37,902 nt of DNA from an uncultured virus (IMG/VR IMGVR_UViG_3300031613_000001) (taxonomy: Duplodnaviria; Heunggongvirae; Uroviricota; Caudoviricetes; Crassvirales): IMG/VR virus record IMGVR_UViG_3300031613_000001. The stretch is one strand, 5' to 3'. The notes below the pieces were generated by a model. That model saw only the letters and a list, made by a program, of their open reading frames with translations, ran no database searches and was not told the DNA's origin. Shown here piece by piece: positions 18,107-27,800 of the stretch (the stretch's first letter is position 1; the number at the start of each line of letters is the position of its first letter). The position numbers and the translations under genes were made by a program.

Positions 18107-20454
18107 TATTTGCTTATTAGATTTAAAAGATCTATATAATTATCATCCATAATTAAAACGTCATTATTAATTATATGATCTATAAATTGATTGTATTCTG
18201 ATCCTGTAACAGATCTTACATCAAATTTATTAGTATACTTTAAAAGTTCATTTTCTAAATATCTAATTTTTTGAGGTTCTTGTAAATTATTAATATCTTC
18301 TTTAGATTCAAATAAATCATTCCATTTTAAAGCTTCACCTATAGTGTTACCTTTACCATCGTTACCACCAACTGCTATCATAAACATTCCATTATCCCCT
18401 TTTTCTATATCAATTTTATAACCTTTACCTATTTTATTTTCTAATATTCTATTAGTAGTACTAGACATTTTACTTTTTATAGTATCAGATTGGTTAAATT
18501 CTACAACTGAGCTAGGTGTAACATCTTTCCATTTCATTCTATCTAAAGAACGTTGTTTTAATATTTTACCTGATGTACCACCATATTTACCATATGAATC
18601 TAATATATAAGTTTCTACATTTTTAGCTAATGAATTATCAGCTCTAAGCTTATTTAATTGTAAATCTGCATTTGCATATTTACCATTTTCTAATTTAACT
18701 CTTATATTTACAGAAGGTACTCCATTTTCATTTTCTGATGTAAAAGATAAAAATTCAACATCTCCATCTCCACTTTTAATAGAATTTATTACACCTCTTT
18801 TATTTTCATCACTTAATTCTTTCATTTCTTCTTCTGTATCATCTAAATCTTCACCATCTTTAGTATACATTTTAATATTCATAACATTATCTTTTAGATT
18901 ACCTGTAGAACCATCTCTTAACCATGTTGTTAATGTTTGATCTATATTATTATCTTCAGAAGATTTTAAATCAGTTAACATATAATTTCTAGTATGATCT
19001 GTATAGTCTTGTAAATAATTTTCAAATTCATCTTCATAATTATCTCTAGCTTTTAAATATCCATTTTTTTCATTTGACATTTTTTCATATTCTTTTTTAG
19101 ACATTGAACCTATAACTTTATTGTTATTATCTTTTATATTAACATATCGCCCATCAATTTCAATTCTATCTCCTGAATTTGCATTATATGGATTTGCTTG
19201 AGCAAAGTTTGCACTTCTATCACGTCCTCCAGTATTTTTACTATTAGCATTTCTTTCTAATACACCTACATTATTAAATAAATCAGTTATTTCAGAATGA
19301 GTATAAGTTTTACCTCCTGTAAGATTACCATTCATTAAATCATTATATGTTGAATGACCTTCATGTTTAGTTATTGCTGCTACAGATGTAGGATTATTTT
19401 TTTTAAAAGATTCTTGAGCTCTATTATATTGATTATTTAATATATTACCTTGATTTACTTCTTTAGGTTTTTTAGATGTCATTAAATCATTAATACTAGA
19501 TTTTATTTCACTAGAATTTCCTTTTCCTGCAAATATATTTCTAGTATTTGTATCAGATGCATATATATTATCATACTCAAATGGTTTTTTTTCAGCTTTA
19601 CTAGAACCATTTGTTGGAGAATTCATATATTTTCGATCATAAGTTTCTTGAATATTACCACCAGCATAATCAGTAGATTTAGCTAAATTTGATATATATT
19701 CTTCTGCATTAAAATTAGGATCATATTTTTTTCTATGATCAAAATCAGCCATTATTTCAGGACTTCCCATAACTCTATCAGTTACATATTTTTCAATCAT
19801 GTTTTCCTGAGTTATTTTACCATCTTTTAATTTTAATGGATTCAACGATTTATGTTTAGAATTAGCATATGTTAATACACCATTTACTCCACTTTGTTTT
19901 AATCCATAATGTTGTGCTATTTGTGAAGGTTGTAATCCAACTAGTGATTTTTTCATATATTCACCTACATCTTGTTCAGCCGCACCATAATAATCTTGAT
20001 AAGAACCTTTTTGAAAACCATCATATCCTTTTTTTGCAAGTTCTAATATTTCTTCATATCTTTTACCACTTATTTGATCTGAAGCTAATTTTTTATCTAA
20101 TATAGCTTTATTAGCCTGAAACTTTTGATAATTTTGTATAATATCTCTACCATCATTTTTTAAGAAATTATCTCTATCTTGCTTTAATTTCATCATATCA
20201 CGCATACTTTGAGCATCAACACCATTAGCCATTATAGCTTCTGCTTGTTTATTTACTTTATCAGTATAATCATTAATATATTTACTTGAAAAATCTTCAT
20301 CTTGTTCAAGTCTATTAATATCAAAAAGACCTAATTCATCAAGTCTTTGTATTGTAGTATCATGAGTTTTTTGTTTAGATAGTGCTGGAGCCATTATTTC
20401 TGATAAACTTAATGGATTGAACTGACTAGGTGTTACACGACTATATCTATTCAT
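18106..20454 (-). CDS. Putative virion cargo/ejection protein
   Basis: 782 aa, Cys-free and hydrophilic, with N-terminus MNRYSRVTPSQFNPLSLSEIMAP. Its TAA overlaps the next ATG (TAATG). It sits in the cargo block between the muzzle and the RNAP. Confidence 0.65.
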   Translation of the reverse strand: MNRYSRVTPSQFNPLSLSEIMAPALSKQKTHDTTIQRLDELGLFDINRLEQDEDFSSKYINDYTDKVNKQAEAIMANGVDAQSMRDMMKLKQDRDNFLKNDGRDIIQNYQKFQANKAILDKKLASDQISGKRYEEILELAKKGYDGFQKGSYQDYYGAAEQDVGEYMKKSLVGLQPSQIAQHYGLKQSGVNGVLTYANSKHKSLNPLKLKDGKITQENMIEKYVTDRVMGSPEIMADFDHRKKYDPNFNAEEYISNLAKSTDYAGGNIQETYDRKYMNSPTNGSSKAEKKPFEYDNIYASDTNTRNIFAGKGNSSEIKSSINDLMTSKKPKEVNQGNILNNQYNRAQESFKKNNPTSVAAITKHEGHSTYNDLMNGNLTGGKTYTHSEITDLFNNVGVLERNANSKNTGGRDRSANFAQANPYNANSGDRIEIDGRYVNIKDNNNKVIGSMSKKEYEKMSNEKNGYLKARDNYEDEFENYLQDYTDHTRNYMLTDLKSSEDNNIDQTLTTWLRDGSTGNLKDNVMNIKMYTKDGEDLDDTEEEMKELSDENKRGVINSIKSGDGDVEFLSFTSENENGVPSVNIRVKLENGKYANADLQLNKLRADNSLAKNVETYILDSYGKYGGTSGKILKQRSLDRMKWKDVTPSSVVEFNQSDTIKSKMSSTTNRILENKIGKGYKIDIEKGDNGMFMIAVGGNDGKGNTIGEALKWNDLFESKEDINNLQEPQKIRYLENELLKYTNKFDVRSVTGSEYNQFIDHIINNDVLIMDDNYIDLLNLISK

Positions 20455-20455
20455 T

Positions 20456-22519
20456 TTATTTATTTTTATTTGCTTTCATTAACGAGTTCATATGTGAATT
20501 ATAAGAAGATTGATAACCTCCCATTGAACTTTCGTTAGTATCTTTAGATTCAGTATTTTCTTCTAATGGTTTTCCATCTTTATCTAATTTAAAAGTTTTA
20601 CCATCTTTCATTTTTATAACATAATTACCATTTGCATCATAACTCATACCCATCATTTCAGGATACTTTTTAAACAATTGTTCTTTTCCTATATTACCTA
20701 TATCAGTACCTATTTGACTAAGTAATGTAGATTTATTAGTATCATACACACCTTTATTTCTATCAGTTAAATCTTGTTGAAGATTATCTTGTTGTATGTT
20801 AAACATTTCATTTTGATTGTCAAATTGTTGACCAAATTGAGTTTGTGAATTATTTTGTGCTTGTGCATTTACTGCAGCATTTCCTATTGCTTTTGATGTA
20901 TTTAAATCAGATCCTAACATATTACTAGCAACAAAACCTTTAGATCCATTAGCAATGTTCTGAAGAGATCTAGCTGTATTACCTTGATTAGCCATAATAT
21001 CACGTTGAATTCTACTTTCATCTATTAATGCGGGATCAAACTTACGGTTATTCATTTGACGAGACTCTACTTCTGGTTTTTCCATATTAGCAAGTTGAAA
21101 AGCATTCATTATAGAAGGAGCATATCTCATTGCGTTTTCTAAGTAGTTTGAATTAGTTTTTTTATCATTATTGTTACTAATTGATGTAGATTTATTATTT
21201 GCATTATTATTACCTATAACACCAACTACATTTTGTTTTGATTGATTAGCAGCTTCTTGATTATTTAATTTTGGTGCAAAAGCATTTACAGCTTGTTGAT
21301 TAGGTTCAGTTAATAATTTATATCCTGGAACTTCTCCTGGAATACCCATTTGAGCATTACCAACTGTAAATCCATTTGCTCCATTATTTACCCCAACACT
21401 TCTTATAGCTTTACGCATTTCATCATTATTCATAGGATTTGATACAAAACCTCCACCAACATATTTATTTTGATAACCACCCATTGCTTTTCTATTAGAA
21501 AAATCTACATAACCCTGATCTGCAAATTTAGCATTAGGATTAAGTTGTTGTAGTTCATTTAATTGACTTTTATAACCTTGGGCATTTTGAGGATTTACAT
21601 TAGTAGGATTAATTAAATAATTTTCACCTTGCTTTTGCACATCAAAATAATTTACATCTGAATATTTACCTAAATTAAGATCGGGAATATTTTTAGCATT
21701 TTTTTGACCTGGTAAATAAAATAATCTATTTGCTGTTTCCATATCAAATTTTACATCAGAAGAATTATTTAATGTATTTAAAGCTTTTTGATCTACTTTA
21801 TTACGTACCTCATCTTCATCTTCACCTTTTTTCTTTTTTTTACCACCCGGACCTGTCATTCCACCTAATGCAAAAGAATTAATTTTAGAATTCACACCTG
21901 CTATATCAAACTTTTGATTAGCTTTTTTTATATCATCATTCTTTCTATTACCACCTACAAGACCACCTACAAGACCTACACCACCTCCTATTGCTGCACC
22001 TAATGGTCCAGCAATTTGAGCACCTGCAGCAGCTCCTTGAAGAGTAGATCCAACTGTATTACCAGCAGTATCAAACTTTTCCATGTTACCTTGTCTACCA
22101 CTTGTATCAACACCTGTTTTACCAAACATGTCATTACCAGCTTTAAATAAAGTACCAGCTCCTTGTAAATATGCATTACCACCAGCATCTTTATTAGCTT
22201 GACCAGAAGCATCCATAAAAGAAGCTCCTTCTTTTCCTCCAAACATACCACCAAGAAAAGCTTGATTTTGTTGCATTGGATTTTGCTGCATTTGTTGCAT
22301 TGGATTTACATATTGTTCTGGTGGAGCTTGTTGAGCTTTAACATACTCTTGCATATCAGCAAGACGCTTCATTAATGCTTGTTTTGTATCTATCGCAGCC
22401 TTATCATTAAGTCCATCAAATTTTGCTTCAATAGCTTTAGATGCTTCAGCAAAAGATTTACCTTTAATATATTTAGGTAATTTAAACTTTTCGTATAATT
22501 CTTTACTTTTCTTTTTCAT
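20456..22519 (-). CDS. Virion cargo protein with glycine-zipper transmembrane segment (crAss cargo protein 1-like)
   Basis: 687 aa. Contains GAAAGAQIAGPLGAAIGGGVGLVGGLVGG, a Q/N-rich C-terminal helical region, several xxGG motifs and an N-terminal KGKSFAEASK block. Confidence 0.7.
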   Translation of the reverse strand: MKKKSKELYEKFKLPKYIKGKSFAEASKAIEAKFDGLNDKAAIDTKQALMKRLADMQEYVKAQQAPPEQYVNPMQQMQQNPMQQNQAFLGGMFGGKEGASFMDASGQANKDAGGNAYLQGAGTLFKAGNDMFGKTGVDTSGRQGNMEKFDTAGNTVGSTLQGAAAGAQIAGPLGAAIGGGVGLVGGLVGGNRKNDDIKKANQKFDIAGVNSKINSFALGGMTGPGGKKKKKGEDEDEVRNKVDQKALNTLNNSSDVKFDMETANRLFYLPGQKNAKNIPDLNLGKYSDVNYFDVQKQGENYLINPTNVNPQNAQGYKSQLNELQQLNPNAKFADQGYVDFSNRKAMGGYQNKYVGGGFVSNPMNNDEMRKAIRSVGVNNGANGFTVGNAQMGIPGEVPGYKLLTEPNQQAVNAFAPKLNNQEAANQSKQNVVGVIGNNNANNKSTSISNNNDKKTNSNYLENAMRYAPSIMNAFQLANMEKPEVESRQMNNRKFDPALIDESRIQRDIMANQGNTARSLQNIANGSKGFVASNMLGSDLNTSKAIGNAAVNAQAQNNSQTQFGQQFDNQNEMFNIQQDNLQQDLTDRNKGVYDTNKSTLLSQIGTDIGNIGKEQLFKKYPEMMGMSYDANGNYVIKMKDGKTFKLDKDGKPLEENTESKDTNESSMGGYQSSYNSHMNSLMKANKNK

Positions 22520-22522
22520 TAT

Positions 22523-24826
22523 TTATTTTTTAGTATATATACTATCTATTACACTTATTAATCTATCAGCTTCTTTTTTTCCGAAGTTTTTAACTAATGA
22601 GCTGTAATGACTTTTACTAACACCTAAAGCTTTACGATACCCTACAATGTCTTGATTTTTTGCTTTATTTAGTAAATTTTTTAAATCTTTAATTCCATAT
22701 TTTGATCTTAACTCATCAATTCCACTTTCTAAACCTTTCTCTGAATCATCTGGCATACTTATTCCTGAGTTATCAGGTGTATATCTTAGCTTTTTTAAAT
22801 CAGAAATTTGTTTTTTATCAATAGGTAATCTGTCATATATATCAAAAGCTTTACCTGATGCTTCTACAACATCTGGTGCTAAATCCCATTTATCATAAAA
22901 ACTTAAATAAGGCTTTTTATCATCATCATACCCTATTCCAAATGTAGCATTCCACATTACGTTATTAGTATTATCTCTAAATGAATGTTTATTTACTTTA
23001 TTACCACCTTCTAATTTTTTATTTTCATCTGAATTAATACTTTCTGGTGTAATAGTACCATTGTCTAAGTTATCAAATAAATCTGTTGATATTGCAGCTT
23101 TTATTAAGTAACTGTTAACTTTAGACTTATCTTTAAATGTAAAAGCTTTATCTTCACCTGCTTTATAATCTGATATAGTAAATGTATCATATTTCTGAGG
23201 TACGCCTGAATAAAAATTAAAAGCATCTATTCTATTTTGCATTTGAACATTACCTTTCTCTGCTTGTTTACCTATGTCACTGAGATTATTATAACCTGAA
23301 GATTTTAATGATTTTTTAAAGTTATTAACATATGTTTTTTTAGTTTGTTTAGCGTTATATCCCATTGGATGTAATGATGCTGCATTTGCTTTTCTTGCGT
23401 TAGATGTTATATTTGAAAAACTATTTGGGTAAACTTGTCTTTGTGAAATGTTAGATTCATTTTTAATATCGCTATTTTCAACATTACTTAAGTTTTTTAA
23501 TTTACCTTTTGTATTATCATATTTATTCATTGCTACAGACTGAGTATTATCCGAATTACCTAATACCCCATTTGTAACATCTGAAATTTTATTATAAATT
23601 GGAGTTTTAATAAATTCATCAACGTTACCTGATATAAAATCTTTAACATTATTAGCTGTATTAGTTACATTTTCAACTGATTCTGCTATATAACCAAAAA
23701 GACTATTATCTTTTTTTATTTCTTTATTACAAGGTGGTTGACCTGGACCACCACATTCTTTCTCCATTTTACCACCATCAGCATATTTGTTTTTATCGGT
23801 AGTATTATTAAAAGACTCTCCATATGTATTTATTCTATTACTAAATATAAACTTACCTTCTGGAAAATCATAAGATGTTTCATCTTCCTCTACTGTATTA
23901 GGCTTTCCATTATCCCCTATACCTTGTGGTATTCCACCCATAGGATTTTCATCGTGCGTACCACCACCTTTAAAATGATTTAACATTCCACCATTAGCTT
24001 TTTGGTTAACACCTTCAGCTAATAAACTTATTTGATTATCTACATTTGGATTACTATCTTGAAATTTTTCTGGTTGAGGTTGATTTTCTGAATTTTGCAT
24101 CCTATCATTTAAAAAAGAATGAAAATCTTTTTGTGAGAATCCTTTATTATTTTTTTGATCATAACCAACTCTTGTATTATCAATTTTAGTTTCTATAGGT
24201 TGTTGCATAAAAGGATTAATATCTTCACCTTGTTCAATTCCTAAATCTGTTCTAGGTACAAAATCATCTGGATAAGCATTATCCCATCTATTACTTAATT
24301 TTTTTCTATGTTCTTCATCTTTACCAGCCCACCAATTATCTAAATATATATCTTTACCTTTTAGATCACCACTTATATAGTCACCAAGATTAACAGGACC
24401 CATTCTAAGATCACCTAATGCTAATACGTCTTGTTGTTTTTCACTAAGAGTACTTGCATCACCGGTTTCATTTTCTATAATATTTTTGATAAAATCAGGT
24501 GTTTCTTGACCTAATGTTTTAAGGTAGTTTTTAGTACGAACAGCAGAATAAAATATTCTATTACTAGTTTTTTTAAAATGACCTTTTTGGTGTTTACCAT
24601 CTTCGCCATACGCTTTTTCATAACCAACACCAGTTTCCATTTGATATTTACCACGACCAGGACCACCACTAATTTGTTTAATAGTTGGATCACCACCTGA
24701 CTCTAAATTACTTATTTGGTAAAGAAGGTTTTCATAAACATCTCTTGAACCACCTTTTTCTTTAACAATATTATCTATAACAATATCATATAAATTATCT
24801 GTGCTTTTTTTAACTGTATCTGGCAT
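22523..24826 (-). CDS. Virion cargo protein with N-terminal lysozyme/lytic transglycosylase-like domain
   Basis: 767 aa. ISNLESGGDPTIKQISGGPGRGKYQM fits the SLT-type catalytic E-S plus GxxQ pattern. It has a central GGTHDENPMGG...VEEDE...FIFSNRI block and a C-terminal YLSFYDKWDL...FDIYDR domain. Confidence 0.7.
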   Translation of the reverse strand: MPDTVKKSTDNLYDIVIDNIVKEKGGSRDVYENLLYQISNLESGGDPTIKQISGGPGRGKYQMETGVGYEKAYGEDGKHQKGHFKKTSNRIFYSAVRTKNYLKTLGQETPDFIKNIIENETGDASTLSEKQQDVLALGDLRMGPVNLGDYISGDLKGKDIYLDNWWAGKDEEHRKKLSNRWDNAYPDDFVPRTDLGIEQGEDINPFMQQPIETKIDNTRVGYDQKNNKGFSQKDFHSFLNDRMQNSENQPQPEKFQDSNPNVDNQISLLAEGVNQKANGGMLNHFKGGGTHDENPMGGIPQGIGDNGKPNTVEEDETSYDFPEGKFIFSNRINTYGESFNNTTDKNKYADGGKMEKECGGPGQPPCNKEIKKDNSLFGYIAESVENVTNTANNVKDFISGNVDEFIKTPIYNKISDVTNGVLGNSDNTQSVAMNKYDNTKGKLKNLSNVENSDIKNESNISQRQVYPNSFSNITSNARKANAASLHPMGYNAKQTKKTYVNNFKKSLKSSGYNNLSDIGKQAEKGNVQMQNRIDAFNFYSGVPQKYDTFTISDYKAGEDKAFTFKDKSKVNSYLIKAAISTDLFDNLDNGTITPESINSDENKKLEGGNKVNKHSFRDNTNNVMWNATFGIGYDDDKKPYLSFYDKWDLAPDVVEASGKAFDIYDRLPIDKKQISDLKKLRYTPDNSGISMPDDSEKGLESGIDELRSKYGIKDLKNLLNKAKNQDIVGYRKALGVSKSHYSSLVKNFGKKEADRLISVIDSIYTKK

Positions 24827-24831
24827 AACTA

Positions 24832-24839
24832 CAAATATA
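24832..24839 (-). promoter_or_regulatory. Bacteroidota -7 promoter element (TATATTTG) upstream of the cargo block
   Basis: Exact TAnnTTTG match in a 61-nt intergenic gap, 5 nt before the ATG at 24826. It shares the extended TTTGTAGT with the element at 31825-31832. Confidence 0.6.
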
Positions 24840-24887
24840 TTACTTTTATTTTATTTAAACTAATTTTATTATACATATTTTATACTA

Positions 24888-27800
24888 TTAAATAGTATAG
24901 AGAACGTTAAGATCATGTAATACTAATTTTTGATTTTCTGTATTATTAAAACCTAACTCTAAAAACATCCATGGATTTCTTATTCTATCTCTACCATCTC
25001 TTGGTACAAAAGCTTTCCAATCTCTAAATGTTCTATCTAAATTTACACGAGTAACTAAATTTGTTACTCCACTATCTTGATATTCATTATATGCTCTTAT
25101 CCATGAAAGTGTATTATCTGAAACATCAACTTCATCAATATAAACTTCTGATTTATAAATTATATTATTAAATATACAATCAACATCTGGTTCTGGATTA
25201 ATCATTAATGTTATATGAGAATCTGCTACTCTACCATAATAATTATTATAAACACCCTCATTATGTAAATAAAGAGCTGTATTATTTTCACTACCTATAA
25301 ATTTATGAGACGTTTCTATATATATTGAAGGATAATAAAGTTTAGTATCTACAAATTCATCTCTTTTTTCATTAAATGTTCTAGTTTTAGAATTTTTCCC
25401 ATGAAATGTAAGATATACATCTTTATTATATTTATCATAACCTAATAAAACACCTTGTTTAATTAATGGATTATCTATTTTAAAAGCTTGATAATCATAG
25501 TTTTTATCAAACCATGTTCTAAGACCTTTAACATCTGATAAGCTAGTATTAATAAGATCAGGAGCTCTAAATAAAGATTTATTAAGAGCATCATAATAAT
25601 AAAAACCTTTACCACCTGCTATTATACCCCATTTATTAATGGAACCCGAATCAGTTGTAATATATTGATAATCTTGTAAAACTTTACCTGTACCCAATTC
25701 TAAACTTATACCATCTGATCCTTGTGTTTGAACTCTGGGATTAATAGATATTGCAGCTATAGCTTTATCTTGAAAAGTATATATTTGATCTTTAAAGTTT
25801 ATAGTTCCATTTATTGAACCATATTTACCATCAAGATCTAGTGTTTCATTTATAAGAACATCAGTCCAACTATCTATAATTTCACCAGCTATTTTCTTTT
25901 TACTAGCAAGTATACTTGTTCCAAAATTATTAACTTCTTTAAAATTAGCATCAACATTTCTTCTTTTAAATAAATTATCTTTTTGTGAATATACTTTATT
26001 ATATTTTTGAAAAGATTCATATGTAGGTTGAAACGTTAAATTCCATTCAAGTTGTGAATTATCATTTCTATTTTTAAGATCTATTATTGTTTCAACTTTA
26101 AAAGAAACTATTTCTGTTAATTGATTAATACCAGAAGAACTTATTGTAATATTTGTTTTAGAAGCTTTTGTAAAAGTAAAGTCTTGAACAAAAGTATCAC
26201 CTGGTGAATCTATAACGTTTATATTAACATTGATATTTCTGTAATTACCTATACTTATATATTTTGTACGACGTTTAGATTCATAGTTGTTACCACCATA
26301 TATATTACCTTCGTAAATATAAGATACGGGTTTAACTAGTTCTGATATAATTACACCATTAGTATTTGTAAAACCACTTTCTGTATATAACTGTTCAATA
26401 GTTTTTCTATCTCTGTTTTTATTAGAAATTGATGGATTATAATCACCTTCAACAAAAGTAATTGAACTTATTGAATTTGAGTTAAAACCTCTACCTGTTG
26501 GATTGTCTCTATTTTGAGAATCTTTTCCTTGATCTTGTAATATAGTACTATAATTATTACTATATCTAAAATCACTATCATTGTTATAAGAATTAATACC
26601 TTGTCCTAATTCCTGTATTTCTGGTGTACCATATATATCATACTCTTTATTAATTCCTTTTTGATAAGTACCTTTAAATTCTCTGTAAAATTGAAACAAA
26701 TTTGCAGTATTATCTTTTACAGGTGGTGCAAATATACCATCTAACATTGGTACATTTCCATTACCTATTATATCAATAACAATAGCATTAGGATCAAACG
26801 GAGAAATACCATTATTTATTCTACCCTGATGATTAATAATTTGATCTATATATCCTATTTCTGTAACAATTGATTGTGTACTAGATTCACCTACTATACC
26901 CTTTATTTTTAATTTATGTGATTTATCCGGATTTACAGAACCAAATATTACATCTGGTGTAAACATTTGCATCATATTATTGAATTGAAAAAGCTGACCT
27001 CTCCAATCATCCTCAGAAGCTGCTTTAAAACCTTCACTTAGAAAATTACCTGCTAATTCACTAAAACCTGTTGCTAGTGATTTGTTAGCTAAAGGTGCAT
27101 TATTCGCATTCCTTAACATGGGATATAAATCTTCAAAAGTTCTTATAAGACTAGGATATTTAACTACTTGTTGATCGTATTGATAATCTGTATTTATTAC
27201 TTCACCATAAGTTTTTTTATTTGCACTTATTTTATTACCAATCATTGGATTAATAATACCTTGACAAAGTATTGTACGATCAGTAATAGTTCTATCTGCT
27301 CTAAGTATTTTATATCCAGTAGGTTTTTGATCTTCTTCTAAAGTATTTATAAATGTATAAAACTCTGGTTTTAAAGTAACTAATAATGTGTTGTATTTAT
27401 CATTAAGGTTATTGTCAGGTGCAATAAAATCAGCTATCCATTCAGGTAATGTTTTTTGACCTTTATTGTTATAAAACTCAATAGATGTTCTGTATATTTC
27501 ACCAGCTTTTAAAAACTGATCTATTCCATTATTAATTGTAGTAGTAGTAAGTTCATATTTTAAATATTTTCCTTCACCACCTAATTTAACCCCATCTCTT
27601 TGATATTTATATATATCATAGTTTGGATTTATACAATCATGAACTTCTTCTATTGAATAATTTGTAGGTACTTGAGTAAAAGCACCACTAGGTCTACCAT
27701 TAATAATAGGATTTTGACTAGTAGCAAGTACAGATGCACCAAGACTATTAAAAGAATAAGCTCTTGTATCTAGATTTTTTATAGAATATGATTGCTCTTT

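Noticed and set aside
22268..22310. NPMQQMQQNPMQQ micro-repeat
   Set aside because: It is an ordinary low-complexity linker.
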